A stretch of DNA of 36,432 nt from a virus (Duplodnaviria > Caudoviricetes). Positions within the stretch are counted from its first letter, which is position 1. Every line of letters starts with the position of its first letter. Location: the IMG/VR virus record IMGVR_UViG_3300037440_000357, positions 1 through 36,432 of that record, one strand, 5' to 3'. The translations under genes were made by a program, and so were the position numbers. Below, piece after piece: positions 17,124 to 25,600 of the stretch. A model generated the notes under the pieces. The model saw only the letters and a list, made by a program, of their open reading frames with translations. It was not told where the DNA came from and searched no databases.

Positions 17124-17584
17124 CTGTGCTGGCGCTGGATCTCGGCACCAACCTCGGCTGGGCGGTCAGCTACGGCCCCAACGACATCCTGCACGGCACG
17201 ATCGAATTCCGCACCGGCCGCTATGAGGGCGGCGGCATGCGCTGGCTGCGCTTCCGCACCTGGCTGCGCGGCATGCATGACGAGCACGGGCCGATCGACG
17301 CGATTTACTTCGAGGAGGTGCGCGCGCATAAGGGCGTCGATGCCGCGCATATTTATGGCGGCTTCCTCGCCCAGCTGACGGCGTGGTGCGAGCAGAACGA
17401 GGTTCCCTATCAGGGCATCAGCGTCGGCGCCATCAAGAAGCACGCCACCGGCAAGGGCAACGCCAACAAGCTGGCGATGATGCTGGCCATGCGCGAGAAG
17501 GGTTTCACCCCGCGCGATGACAATGACGCCGACGCGCTGGCGCTGCTGCTGCTGGTGCTCGATGAGAACAGGGCAGATGCATGA
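17120..17584 (+). CDS. ruvC: RuvC-like Holliday junction resolvase
   Basis: VLALDLG..LGWA, YFEE, KKHATGKGNANK, DDNDADALA. Confidence 0.88.
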   Translation: MTVLALDLGTNLGWAVSYGPNDILHGTIEFRTGRYEGGGMRWLRFRTWLRGMHDEHGPIDAIYFEEVRAHKGVDAAHIYGGFLAQLTAWCEQNEVPYQGISVGAIKKHATGKGNANKLAMMLAMREKGFTPRDDNDADALALLLLVLDENRADA

Positions 17585-17811
17585 GCCTCACCAAAGAAAG
17601 CCTGTTTCCGGAGCTGGAGGCTGCGCTTCAGCGCGAAGTCGCCAAGGCGATCGAAGCGGCCGTCGAGGAGGCTGCGGAGCAGGTGCGGGTGCGCATCCGC
17701 GAGAAGCTTGGGCCGATCGCGTGCTCGCTCTTCAGCTCTTATCAGATGGAACGCCGTGGGCATGACTTGGTGATTAGAGTGCGCATTGGCGAGGAGCCGA
17801 AGACGCCATGA
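17581..17811 (+). CDS. Hypothetical protein
   Basis: Translationally coupled ORF. Confidence 0.6.
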   Translation: MSLTKESLFPELEAALQREVAKAIEAAVEEAAEQVRVRIREKLGPIACSLFSSYQMERRGHDLVIRVRIGEEPKTP

Positions 17812-18278
17812 GCCGCTATGCCGCCAGCACCGAAGTCCCGGCCGAGAAGTCGCGCACGGAGATTGAGCGCACCCTGACGCGCTACGGCGCCGACCAATTC
17901 ATGTATGGCTGGCAGCAGGGCGGCGCGCTTCTAGGCTTCCGCGCCCAAGGCCGGCACGTCAAATTCATCCTGCCGATGCCGGATCGAGGCGAGCAGCGCT
18001 TCACGCATTTCCGGCAGCGCGGCTATCTGAAGCCGCGCACCGCGAGCTCAGCCGAGGCTCATTATGAGCAGGCCATCCGCCAGCGGTGGCGCGCGCTGGC
18101 CCTGGTCATCAAGGCCAAGCTCGAAGCCGTCGAGGCAGGCATAACATGCTTCGAAGACGAGTTTCTGGCGCATGTCGTGCTGCCGAGCGGTCAACAGGTC
18201 GGTGAATGGCTCCGGCCGCAATTGCAGCTTGCCTATGAGAAGGGCGACATGCCGCCGCTGCTTCCGGCGCCGAACTAG
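17808..18278 (+). CDS. Conserved phage hypothetical protein
   Basis: YAAST.VP.EKSR.EIE..L.RYGA and WRALALVIKAKLEAVEAGI..FEDEFL. Confidence 0.75.
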   Translation: MSRYAASTEVPAEKSRTEIERTLTRYGADQFMYGWQQGGALLGFRAQGRHVKFILPMPDRGEQRFTHFRQRGYLKPRTASSAEAHYEQAIRQRWRALALVIKAKLEAVEAGITCFEDEFLAHVVLPSGQQVGEWLRPQLQLAYEKGDMPPLLPAPN

Positions 18279-18302
18279 AGTGTGAGTGATGAGTGACATT
18301 CC

Positions 18303-18575
18303 ATGAACGAGCATGCCATCCAGACGCCGGCGGCCAAGCCCCGCGAGGTCTTGCCGCTTTCGTTGCCGCCGCGCGGGCTGTCGCGCGTTTACGCCGCGGC
18401 CTATATCGGCGTCAGTCCGAGCCTGTTCGACCAGATGGTCGCCGACCGGCGGATGCCTCGCCCCATTAAGATCGGCGGAAGGCGGGTCTGGGACAGGTGG
18501 AAGATCGATGAAGCCTTCTCTGCGCTCGACGAGGACGGCGGGCGACCGCACAATGTCTGGGATGAGGTCACCTAG
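18303..18575 (+). CDS. AlpA/Xis-like excisionase, copy 1
   Basis: PRGLSR..AAAYIGVS.SLFD.MV...MP.P..IGGRRVWDR. Confidence 0.8.
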   Translation: MNEHAIQTPAAKPREVLPLSLPPRGLSRVYAAAYIGVSPSLFDQMVADRRMPRPIKIGGRRVWDRWKIDEAFSALDEDGGRPHNVWDEVT

Positions 18576-18609
18576 ACCCGCATCAAGGTGAAGTGATGAG
18601 TTGCATACC

Positions 18610-18879
18610 ATGACCGAGCAGCAGATCAAGCTTCGCGAGGCCGTTCTGCCGCCCTCGCTGGCGCCGCGGGGCTTGTGCCGCGTCGAGGCCGCTGCTTATA
18701 TCGGCGTCAGCGCAAGCCTGTTTGACCGGATGATCGAGGGCGGCATGATGCCCAAGCCGAAACACATCTGGGGCCGCAGGGTGTGGGATCGTCTGCAACT
18801 CGACCAAGCCTTCGCCGCGATCCCAAGCGGAGGGAAGCGCGAAACGGTCAGTCAATGGGATGAATTTGTGAATTCATGA
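18610..18879 (+). CDS. AlpA/Xis-like excisionase, copy 2
   Basis: Same motifs as copy 1; ATGA-coupled to the integrase. Confidence 0.8.
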   Translation: MTEQQIKLREAVLPPSLAPRGLCRVEAAAYIGVSASLFDRMIEGGMMPKPKHIWGRRVWDRLQLDQAFAAIPSGGKRETVSQWDEFVNS

Positions 18880-20051
18880 TCCGCGCCATTCGCCTGCGTT
18901 ACGTCACCGCCGACGTCGACCGCTACGGCACCGTACGCTACTACTTTCGGCGCCGGGGCGTGCGGCAAAAAATTCGACTGCACGGACTGCCTGGATCGGC
19001 CGAATTCATGGACGCCTATCAGGCCCTGCTTGATGGACGGCCACTGCCACCAACGGCCGGGAAACCGTCCCTGCTCACCAGAGCGGAAAGCGGCTCTTTT
19101 CGCTGGTTGTGTCAGCAATATTTTGCCGTCCAGACCTTTAAAGCATTGGACGTAAAAACCCGCCGGCGACGCGAGTCTATCTTGATGATGATTTGCGACC
19201 AGCCCACTTCCGAAGCCGACCCGCGACCAATCGGCAACGCCCCCTTCGCAGAAATGCCGACGAAGGCCGTGCGGCGGATCAGGGATCGCAAGGGCGCTGA
19301 AAGCGTCGCAGCGGCGAATGACTGGCTTAAGGCGCTGAAGGCGCTGTTTAAGTGGGCCGTCGACGCCGAATATTGCGACCACAACCCGGCCAAAGACGTA
19401 CCAAAGTTCAAGGTCTCCACCGACGGTTTCCACACATGGACAATCGAGGAGGTCGAGCAGTTCGAAGCAGCGCATGCCGTCGGAACAATCCCGCGCCTTG
19501 CGATGGCCCTGCTTCTTTACACCGGCTGCCGACGGTCCGATGTCGTGCTGCTGGGACCCCAGCACATCAAAGATGGCTGGCTCACCTATACGCAGCAGAA
19601 GAACAAGAACCGCAGCCCGGTAACGCTGAGCCTGCCAATTCTTGCCACGCTTGCCGACATCGTCGCAGCGACACCATCAGGGCACCTGACGTTTCTTGCG
19701 ACACAATACGGCAAGCCGTTTTCGGTCAACGGATTCGGAAATCGCTTTCGCGACTGGTGCGACAAGGCGGGACTGCCACATTGCTCTGCCCATGGCCTCC
19801 GCAAGGCCGGCGCATCGCGCGCTGCGGAAAATGGCGCAACCACGACGCAGCTGATGGCAATCTACGGCTGGCGGGATATCAACCAGGCGGAAACTTACAC
19901 ACGCAAGGCGAGCCAAAAACGCCTTGCCGGTGATAGCATGCACCTGATCGGCGGCATGGACAAAGCTGGAACAAATGTGTCCCACTCTGATGTTGGGTTG
20001 CGAGGCAGTGGGACAATTTCGCCAAAAAGGGCAAGAAAATCAGCTTCTTAG
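18876..20051 (+). CDS. int: Tyrosine integrase
   Basis: YTGCRRSD (R), QQKNK (K), HGLRK (HxxR), YGW...ETYT (Y). Confidence 0.95.
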   Translation: MIRAIRLRYVTADVDRYGTVRYYFRRRGVRQKIRLHGLPGSAEFMDAYQALLDGRPLPPTAGKPSLLTRAESGSFRWLCQQYFAVQTFKALDVKTRRRRESILMMICDQPTSEADPRPIGNAPFAEMPTKAVRRIRDRKGAESVAAANDWLKALKALFKWAVDAEYCDHNPAKDVPKFKVSTDGFHTWTIEEVEQFEAAHAVGTIPRLAMALLLYTGCRRSDVVLLGPQHIKDGWLTYTQQKNKNRSPVTLSLPILATLADIVAATPSGHLTFLATQYGKPFSVNGFGNRFRDWCDKAGLPHCSAHGLRKAGASRAAENGATTTQLMAIYGWRDINQAETYTRKASQKRLAGDSMHLIGGMDKAGTNVSHSDVGLRGSGTISPKRARKSAS

Positions 20052-20170
20052 ATTTTGGGTGACATTCCCCTAGGGAGCGCCAAAACCGTGAGTTTTCAAT
20101 AACTTACGGCCAAAGTGGGACACATAATTACCCACCATTTCATTAGCTTTTTTGCCGTTTGTGTCCCACT
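19976..20170. other. attP: tRNA-Glu 3'-end core (20064-20082) with four TGTCCCACT arm sites and IHF-like sites
   Basis: ATTCCCCTAGGGAGCGCCA matches a tRNA T-stem/acceptor/CCA end (tRNA-Glu from memory). Arm repeats at 19976, 20007 (rc), 20114 (rc), 20160. IHF-like sites 20038-20050 and 20094-20106. Confidence 0.85.
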
Positions 20171-20341
20171 CGGCTGGGGCGCTCGATAGGCGCAATTATC
20201 GCCTCCCCACACCTCTCCTCCCCCCCCGAACCCAAAAGACACATGTGCACGTGCGGATTTCACGTATCATGCACATTTGTGCTTGCGCGCCGGATAATTT
20301 CCGTTTTTATATGGGCGTGCACAAATTGAGGAGGGGTTGCG

Positions 20342-21316
20342 GTGTTACAAGTTCTGCCAGCGTGCATTCCAACTCGGATTTGCCTGGGCGTGTGCACTTA
20401 TGGGCGCCCGATGATGCTGACCAAATGCCTCGCCTCGCTGCAGGCCATGACGACGCCGGCGGGCTGCGAACTCGACATCGTCGTCGTCGATAACAACCCC
20501 GCGCCGGTCGAGCAGGGCCTCGTCGGCTGCTACCGGACGAATGACGGGCGCCCCCTCATTTACCTGCATCAGCCGCGCCGCGGCATCGCCCAGGCCCGCA
20601 ACTTCATTCTGGAGGCAGCCGAGGAAGACATGGCCGACTGGATCGCCATGATCGACGACGACCAGATCGTGCCGCCGGACTGGCTGGAAGAGATGGTCGT
20701 GTCGCAGCAGAGCTATGACGCTGACGTCGTGCAAAGCTCGGTCGCATTCGACCTGCCGACGCCAGCGCCCGCATGGGGCTTCGAGAAGGCCAAGACACCG
20801 AAATGGCGTTTGGGCATGGACCGCGCCGCGACCGGCGGCGTGCTGTTCCGCTCGTCGCTGATTGCCCAATATCCCGGCCTGGGGCTGCGCTTCAATGAAA
20901 GTTATAAGCTGACCGGCGGCGAGGACCGCGATTTCTTCCGGCGCGCTTACCTGCGCGGCGCCAGGATCGTGCGCACGCCGCGCGCCATCGCCGTCGAGAC
21001 GATCCCGGCCTCCAAGGTCACCTTCGACGGGCAGGTGCGCGACGCCTTCCTGAAAAACTGCGTGCGGGTCCGGCAGGACGGCGACATCTACGGCGCGCCT
21101 TACTGGATACTGAGCAACAGCTGGACGGCGACGGGTTCGCTTTTCGAGGGCCTCGCCCGCCTTGCATGGGCGCCGATCGCCTCGATCAGGTCGGCCGATG
21201 AAGGGCGCCGGCAGCTGCTTTTCGGGGCCAAGCGGATCGCTAAGGCGTTCGGCATCTATGTCGGCTTTGTCGGCTTCGTGATGCCGGAGCCTTACCGCGA
21301 AATACATGGGGAGTAG
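20342..21316 (+). CDS. Glycosyltransferase family 2
   Basis: VCTYGRP, VVVDNN, RGIAQARN, MIDDD (DxD), GGEDRDFF; GAGGAGG RBS. Confidence 0.9.
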   Translation: MLQVLPACIPTRICLGVCTYGRPMMLTKCLASLQAMTTPAGCELDIVVVDNNPAPVEQGLVGCYRTNDGRPLIYLHQPRRGIAQARNFILEAAEEDMADWIAMIDDDQIVPPDWLEEMVVSQQSYDADVVQSSVAFDLPTPAPAWGFEKAKTPKWRLGMDRAATGGVLFRSSLIAQYPGLGLRFNESYKLTGGEDRDFFRRAYLRGARIVRTPRAIAVETIPASKVTFDGQVRDAFLKNCVRVRQDGDIYGAPYWILSNSWTATGSLFEGLARLAWAPIASIRSADEGRRQLLFGAKRIAKAFGIYVGFVGFVMPEPYREIHGE

Positions 21317-21324
21317 AGCGATCC

Positions 21325-21609
21325 ATGAAAGATAATCACCAGCATCAACTTGGCGACGGGCCGGTTCAGGATGAGTACAAGGCGCGCATGACGGCAATTG
21401 CCAAAACGCTCGACGAGTTTCTCAATGATGGTGCCAGCGGCAACGACCGTAAGGCCGGCTTCGTGCTGCTCGTGTTTCCCTTCGGCGCCGCGGAAAGCGG
21501 GCGCTGCAATTTTATGTCCAACGGCGCCGATCGCCGCGACATCGTCGTCCTCATGAAGGAGATGATCGCTCGCTTCGAAGGTCAGCCAGAACTAACGGGC
21601 AGGGCGTAG
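21325..21609 (+). CDS. Conserved phage hypothetical protein
   Basis: GFVLLVFPFG...CNFMSNGADR. Confidence 0.7.
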   Translation: MKDNHQHQLGDGPVQDEYKARMTAIAKTLDEFLNDGASGNDRKAGFVLLVFPFGAAESGRCNFMSNGADRRDIVVLMKEMIARFEGQPELTGRA

Positions 21610-21821
21610 TGAAGGGCATGGACCAGTTCCCGCGCGGAAAATTTTCTGAAGATGATGAGGGCGCGCTCGAAATAGCGATCGGCACCAAGGACCGCACGCT
21701 CATCATTCATTTTGGCAAGTCGGTGCATTGGATCGGGATGGACCATGACGCAGCCGTGCGGCTGGCCGAAAACATCCTGAAACACGCCAAGACCATCGCC
21801 CCCGCCCGTGACAGAGCGTAA
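21609..21821 (+). CDS. Hypothetical protein
   Basis: DDEGAL.IAIG...IHFGKSVHWIGM; coupled start. Confidence 0.65.
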   Translation: MKGMDQFPRGKFSEDDEGALEIAIGTKDRTLIIHFGKSVHWIGMDHDAAVRLAENILKHAKTIAPARDRA

Positions 21822-22041
21822 CGCCATGCAGATCCACGAAAAGCTCAGCCGCGAGGCCTGCCGCGTCGCAGTTCTTTGCGCGCAATACAAGACCATCCAC
21901 GAGCGTGGCTATTACCCGTCCCTGCTGCCGAACATCTCGATGATGGATGAAGCGCTGGAGTTTGCCCATACGGCGGCCGGCAAAGGCGAACCGGCGATGA
22001 TTCTGCGCGCCACTGTGATGCTGGAGGATTTCAAGGAATGA
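21808..22041 (+). CDS. Hypothetical protein
   Basis: Overlapping ORF in the same operon. Confidence 0.55.
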   Translation: MTERNAMQIHEKLSREACRVAVLCAQYKTIHERGYYPSLLPNISMMDEALEFAHTAAGKGEPAMILRATVMLEDFKE

Positions 22042-22048
22042 CCTGTCT

Positions 22049-22373
22049 TCTGGCTGCCATGCCGGTGGCAGCCGGATGCTCGCGAGCCCATAAAGCCGCG
22101 AGCCGGCCAGCAGGGCCCCCAAGGCCCCCCAAGCCCGTAAACCCTGCTGGCCGCCCCCTTCCCGGTGTTGCACTAGACACCGGGACGACGGCCCCGAGCC
22201 CAGCTGCCGACATCACAGATGTGGCTCGGGGCCTGACTATACCGGGCAGCCCCAGCGGCCCGGCGACAAAGCGGCGAGAGACCGCAAGCGACGTGATCGC
22301 GCGGGCAACCACAGCGGGGTGCCGCGATCACCAGGTGCCCCAGGTCGGTCGTTTCCTCCCTGCCTGGGGCATC
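22049..22373 (+). ncRNA. Candidate structured RNA: nine consecutive stem-loops
   Basis: Stems at 22052-73, 22078-103, 22104-153, 22160-185, 22190-233, 22242-263, 22271-285, 22293-331, 22334-373; last loop contains TTTCCTCCCT. Confidence 0.65.
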
Positions 22374-22441
22374 ACCTAGCCTACCGGTGAATCGAATTTG
22401 TGACGAGTTGACTGAAACCTGAAAACCCGATGGGGGATTTG

Positions 22442-23485
22442 ATGAAAAGAGTAATTATTGCCTGCGGCCTGCTCGCGATCATGAGCGGCCAAGCGCTGCC
22501 CGCCGACATCTACGGCGGCAGCACCAAGGACGATCCAGGCTATGCCGACACGCCAGCCCAGTACTGGAGCCCGACCGGCTTCTATATCCGCGGTGACTTG
22601 GGCATCGCCAATGGCGACCGTTCGACGGACCGCGACATCACTCGCAATCTGGATGGCGAGTTGACGGTTAAGGACGAAGATCATGCAGAGTGGGTTGCGG
22701 AGGGGCTGACCGACCTCAACGTTCCCTTCACCCAGGACGGAAACAACTTCCTCATTCCCTTGATCGCGGACCGGCTTGGTTACGGTGCAGATCAAAGCTG
22801 GGATTCGATGGTGTTCGGTGGGGAGATTGCCTATCTGCATGCCATTCCGAACACCCGGTTCGGTGTCGAAATTGCCGCCGGCGTCACGTTCTACGACGAC
22901 GACGACAGCACGACCACGACAGGGCATGTGAACAGAGCTGGCCGCTATCTCGGCGGGACGGCAGCCAGTGAGTTCAACTTCGGCGGTGGGGCCTTCACTT
23001 GCGCGGATATCGCAACCTGCGCAGGTGATCCGTCTCATTTCACGCAGTCGGGCTTTGCCAGCGTGCATCGTGATCACGACATCGATCTGATTCTTCGCGG
23101 ACATTTCTTCGCGGCGGAGAATCTGTCGTTTTATGTCGGCGCCGGCCCGAGCTGGGCACGTGCGGACATAAGCGGCGCGAATGCCCCCGATGCTGGCCAG
23201 ATCCCTGCTCAGATCGAGGGCTTCTATCCGACGGCGTTCAGCGACACTGAGTCATCGATCGGCTATGTGCTGAATGCGGGCCTGCTGTTCTGGGCGACGG
23301 ATCGTGTGACTGTCGGTGCTGACTACACCTATAAAAATCACGACTTCGATGCGTCGGCTAGCAATAGCGGATCTTTCGACGTGTTTCCTGACTTTCTGAG
23401 CCTATCCGGCGGCGCACAAGATCGCGTTTCGGTTGAGGACGATGTGCACACGATCAAGGCGCGCATCGGCTTCAAGCTGAACTAA
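22442..23485 (+). CDS. Outer-membrane beta-barrel protein (Omp25/RopB-like)
   Basis: Signal peptide MKRVIIACGLLAIMSGQALPA, ADIYGGSTKD, GFYIRGDLG, C-terminal HTIKARIGFKLN. Confidence 0.85.
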   Translation: MKRVIIACGLLAIMSGQALPADIYGGSTKDDPGYADTPAQYWSPTGFYIRGDLGIANGDRSTDRDITRNLDGELTVKDEDHAEWVAEGLTDLNVPFTQDGNNFLIPLIADRLGYGADQSWDSMVFGGEIAYLHAIPNTRFGVEIAAGVTFYDDDDSTTTTGHVNRAGRYLGGTAASEFNFGGGAFTCADIATCAGDPSHFTQSGFASVHRDHDIDLILRGHFFAAENLSFYVGAGPSWARADISGANAPDAGQIPAQIEGFYPTAFSDTESSIGYVLNAGLLFWATDRVTVGADYTYKNHDFDASASNSGSFDVFPDFLSLSGGAQDRVSVEDDVHTIKARIGFKLN

Positions 23486-23495
23486 ACGACCAGAC

Positions 23496-23520
23496 AAGGG
23501 GCGGAGCGATCCGCCCCTTT
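23496..23520 (+). terminator. Rho-independent terminator
   Basis: AAGGGGCGGA-GCGA-TCCGCCCCTT-T just after the OMP stop. Confidence 0.85.
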
Positions 23521-23540
23521 ACTTCCGACGGACGAATAGA

Positions 23541-23624
23541 ATGATCCAAACGATAATCTGGATTTTTGTTCTTGCAATCGATGCCGCCGCCATCGTGGCC
23601 GTCATCATTCACAAGCTTGTATGA
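23541..23624 (+). CDS. 27-aa hydrophobic peptide
   Basis: MIQTIIWIFVLAIDAAAIVAVIIHKLV (manual translation). Confidence 0.35.
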   Translation: MIQTIIWIFVLAIDAAAIVAVIIHKLV

Positions 23625-23821
23625 GCCGGTTTCCCGCAGCCGGGGATTCCTTGCGGCGAGTGGTGGGCGTCGTCCTTGGACTGGGTGCGCGCGGGGTACG
23701 CAAGCGCGCATACCTGGATGGACAGGCAGGTTCGGTATCGGCTGCGGGAGAGATGATAGGGCCGTCATAAACCAGCCATCCCACCACACCTTCACGGCGG
23801 CGCGACAGTTAGGAATTGACG

Positions 23822-24184
23822 ATGAACATTCAACAGCCGATCGAGCCAGAGCCCGATCTGACCCTTGCGGTGCAGGTCGGCGCAAAAATGCGCGACATCC
23901 GCAAGTCGAGGGGCATGACGCTCAAGGAGCTGGCGGATAAGATCAATACGACTCCCCAGACCGTGCAAAGGCTGGAGACGGCGAATATGACGGTAAACCT
24001 GGAATGGCTGGAGCGCATCTGCGCCGCCCTGAACGTCGAGCCACGGGCGCTGTTCGGCAATGACGACGCGCTCATGTTCCGCGAGGCCGTCAAACAGATC
24101 CGCCGCGAGGCCCGCATCATCCGAATGGACGGGCAGACGTTTGTCGAGCAACTCGACGCCTTTTTGGAGCGGTCCGGTGGGTGA
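23822..24184 (+). CDS. XRE-family HTH regulator
   Basis: IRKSRGMTLKELADKINTTPQTVQRLE...WLERICAALNV. Confidence 0.88.
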   Translation: MNIQQPIEPEPDLTLAVQVGAKMRDIRKSRGMTLKELADKINTTPQTVQRLETANMTVNLEWLERICAALNVEPRALFGNDDALMFREAVKQIRREARIIRMDGQTFVEQLDAFLERSGG

Positions 24185-24536
24185 TGTAAGTTACGACGAC
24201 TGGCGAGAAGTGACGAACAGCCACGAAACGTTCGATGAAATCGCGCGCGTTCTGAAGACCGGGCAGCCTGTTGTTCTGGGTTGGACGGATGGCGCTGGAA
24301 CACACCTTGATGTTCTGTTCACATGGAACGCTCGACAATACGGCAGCCTGCAAGGCGGCCTGAGCGCTGGCACCGATTTGTTCGTCAGCATCATGCGGAT
24401 TGGCGCGTTCGGTTTCGCGGTGCCGATGGACGCAGCATCGCATCCTGGTTACATCGGCGAGAAGCTTTGCTTGCGCGGCTCGACTGCTGAAGCGCTCGCC
24501 GAACTGATCAACGGCGTGCGGGAACGATTGGCGTGA
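24177..24536 (+). CDS. Hypothetical protein
   Basis: GTG at 24177 with GGAG RBS, overlapping the HTH stop. Confidence 0.6.
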   Translation: MGDVSYDDWREVTNSHETFDEIARVLKTGQPVVLGWTDGAGTHLDVLFTWNARQYGSLQGGLSAGTDLFVSIMRIGAFGFAVPMDAASHPGYIGEKLCLRGSTAEALAELINGVRERLA

Positions 24537-24638
24537 GACTAGAGGGCCGCTACCCAACCAGCCCCTTAACGATCAGCACGGTCACCACGAACAGCGCGAC
24601 GCCGAACGTCAGCAGCTGCAGCGCGAACACGCAGCCGC

Positions 24639-24941
24639 CTAAAGTAGACTCAACCCCTTCAAGACGATCGTCAAGAGCGCGGCGGCGATCAGTCCGCCGC
24701 CCCACCTCATGCCGGCCCATAGCATCGTAGAGATTGCGTCGATCTTCGTCAGCAGCTTCTCCTCCAGCGCCTCCAGGTCCGTGTCCTGGCGGTCGTTCCG
24801 CTGGTCGACTCTCGCGAAAGCTTCCCTGGTGTGATCGTGCCGCATTTCTGAGATCGTCTGGAAATGCTGCAAACCACTCTCCAGCACCGTTAAGCGCTCT
24901 CTCAGTTTCTCGACTCCGTCCTGCGGCGCAGTATTTGGCAT
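24639..24941 (-). CDS. Coiled-coil protein with C-terminal TM helix (lysis-associated)
   Basis: Heptad region followed by WGGGLIAAALLTIVLKGL; at the end of the lysis cluster. Confidence 0.65.
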   Translation of the reverse strand: MPNTAPQDGVEKLRERLTVLESGLQHFQTISEMRHDHTREAFARVDQRNDRQDTDLEALEEKLLTKIDAISTMLWAGMRWGGGLIAAALLTIVLKGLSLL

Positions 24942-24944
24942 GCA

Positions 24945-25202
24945 TCACTCATCTCGCTTGCACAGCGCGTCCCAGGCGGCGTTATGCCCTCGGGCCTGGC
25001 GCTTGGTTTCTTCTGTGTCGTTGCGGCTGTAGCGGATCGGCTCGAACGCCTGGCAGGCCGTGTCGATGACGGCGGTTCCTGCCGGCTCCTGGCAGATGAC
25101 GCCTTTGCCGGTGCCCAGGATCTGAAACGCGAAAAGGCAGGTGCGGGTTGCAGCCGCTTCAGTCGCGGATGTAAGGATCGTCAGGATCGGGATCATTGTC
25201 AT
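24945..25202 (-). CDS. Rz1-like o-spanin
   Basis: VIDTAC.AFEPIRYSRNDT.ETKRQ..HNAAWDALC; overlaps the Rz-like gene; start uncertain and lipobox non-canonical. Confidence 0.6.
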   Translation of the reverse strand: MTMIPILTILTSATEAAATRTCLFAFQILGTGKGVICQEPAGTAVIDTACQAFEPIRYSRNDTEETKRQARGHNAAWDALCKRDE

Positions 25203-25374
25203 TATTAGCACGACGGCGCGCCTCCATGGCCTTCCTGATCCGCGCATTCGAAATCTCCAGCCCTTCGGCGATGGCCTTCGCCTCGCCCGCCTCAAGCAAT
25301 TGCCGCTCGCGCAGCCAGGACACCAATCCGTTGACGCCCTGGAGCGCGAGCAGTATGGCCCTCAGCCAGCTCAT
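25159..25374 (-). CDS. Rz-like i-spanin
   Basis: N-terminal hydrophobic helix, short coiled coil, DPYIRD end. Confidence 0.6.
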   Translation of the reverse strand: MSWLRAILLALQGVNGLVSWLRERQLLEAGEAKAIAEGLEISNARIRKAMEARRRANNDNDPDPDDPYIRD

Positions 25375-25586
25375 CCGATGGTCTTGGTGGCCTTGATGCG
25401 GCCCCAGATGCCGAGCACGCCGGCAACGCCAACGGCAAGCCCGACGACCAGGTCAGGCCCTTCGGCAAGGATGTGAGCACCGGCACTGTCGCCGATCACG
25501 CCGAGGCTGACGCCGACGCCGACGCCGACCTGAATGATCGAGGCCCAGATGGTGCGGCTGGTGTACCAGGGTTTTGTCTCTTCCAT
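25371..25586 (-). CDS. Holin
   Basis: KPWYTSRTIW, two TM helices, GRIKAT end. Confidence 0.7.
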   Translation of the reverse strand: MEETKPWYTSRTIWASIIQVGVGVGVSLGVIGDSAGAHILAEGPDLVVGLAVGVAGVLGIWGRIKATKTIG

Positions 25587-25600
25587 GAGTCTGTCTCCTT

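Noticed and set aside
20064-20082. tRNA gene
   Set aside because: Only the 3' 19 nt are present and upstream sequence cannot form a cloverleaf; it is an att core
22038-22379. 113-aa Pro/Ala/Arg-rich ORF
   Set aside because: Low-complexity translation of a hairpin-dense region; an RNA explanation fits better, though the ATGA overlap at 22038 means translation is not excluded
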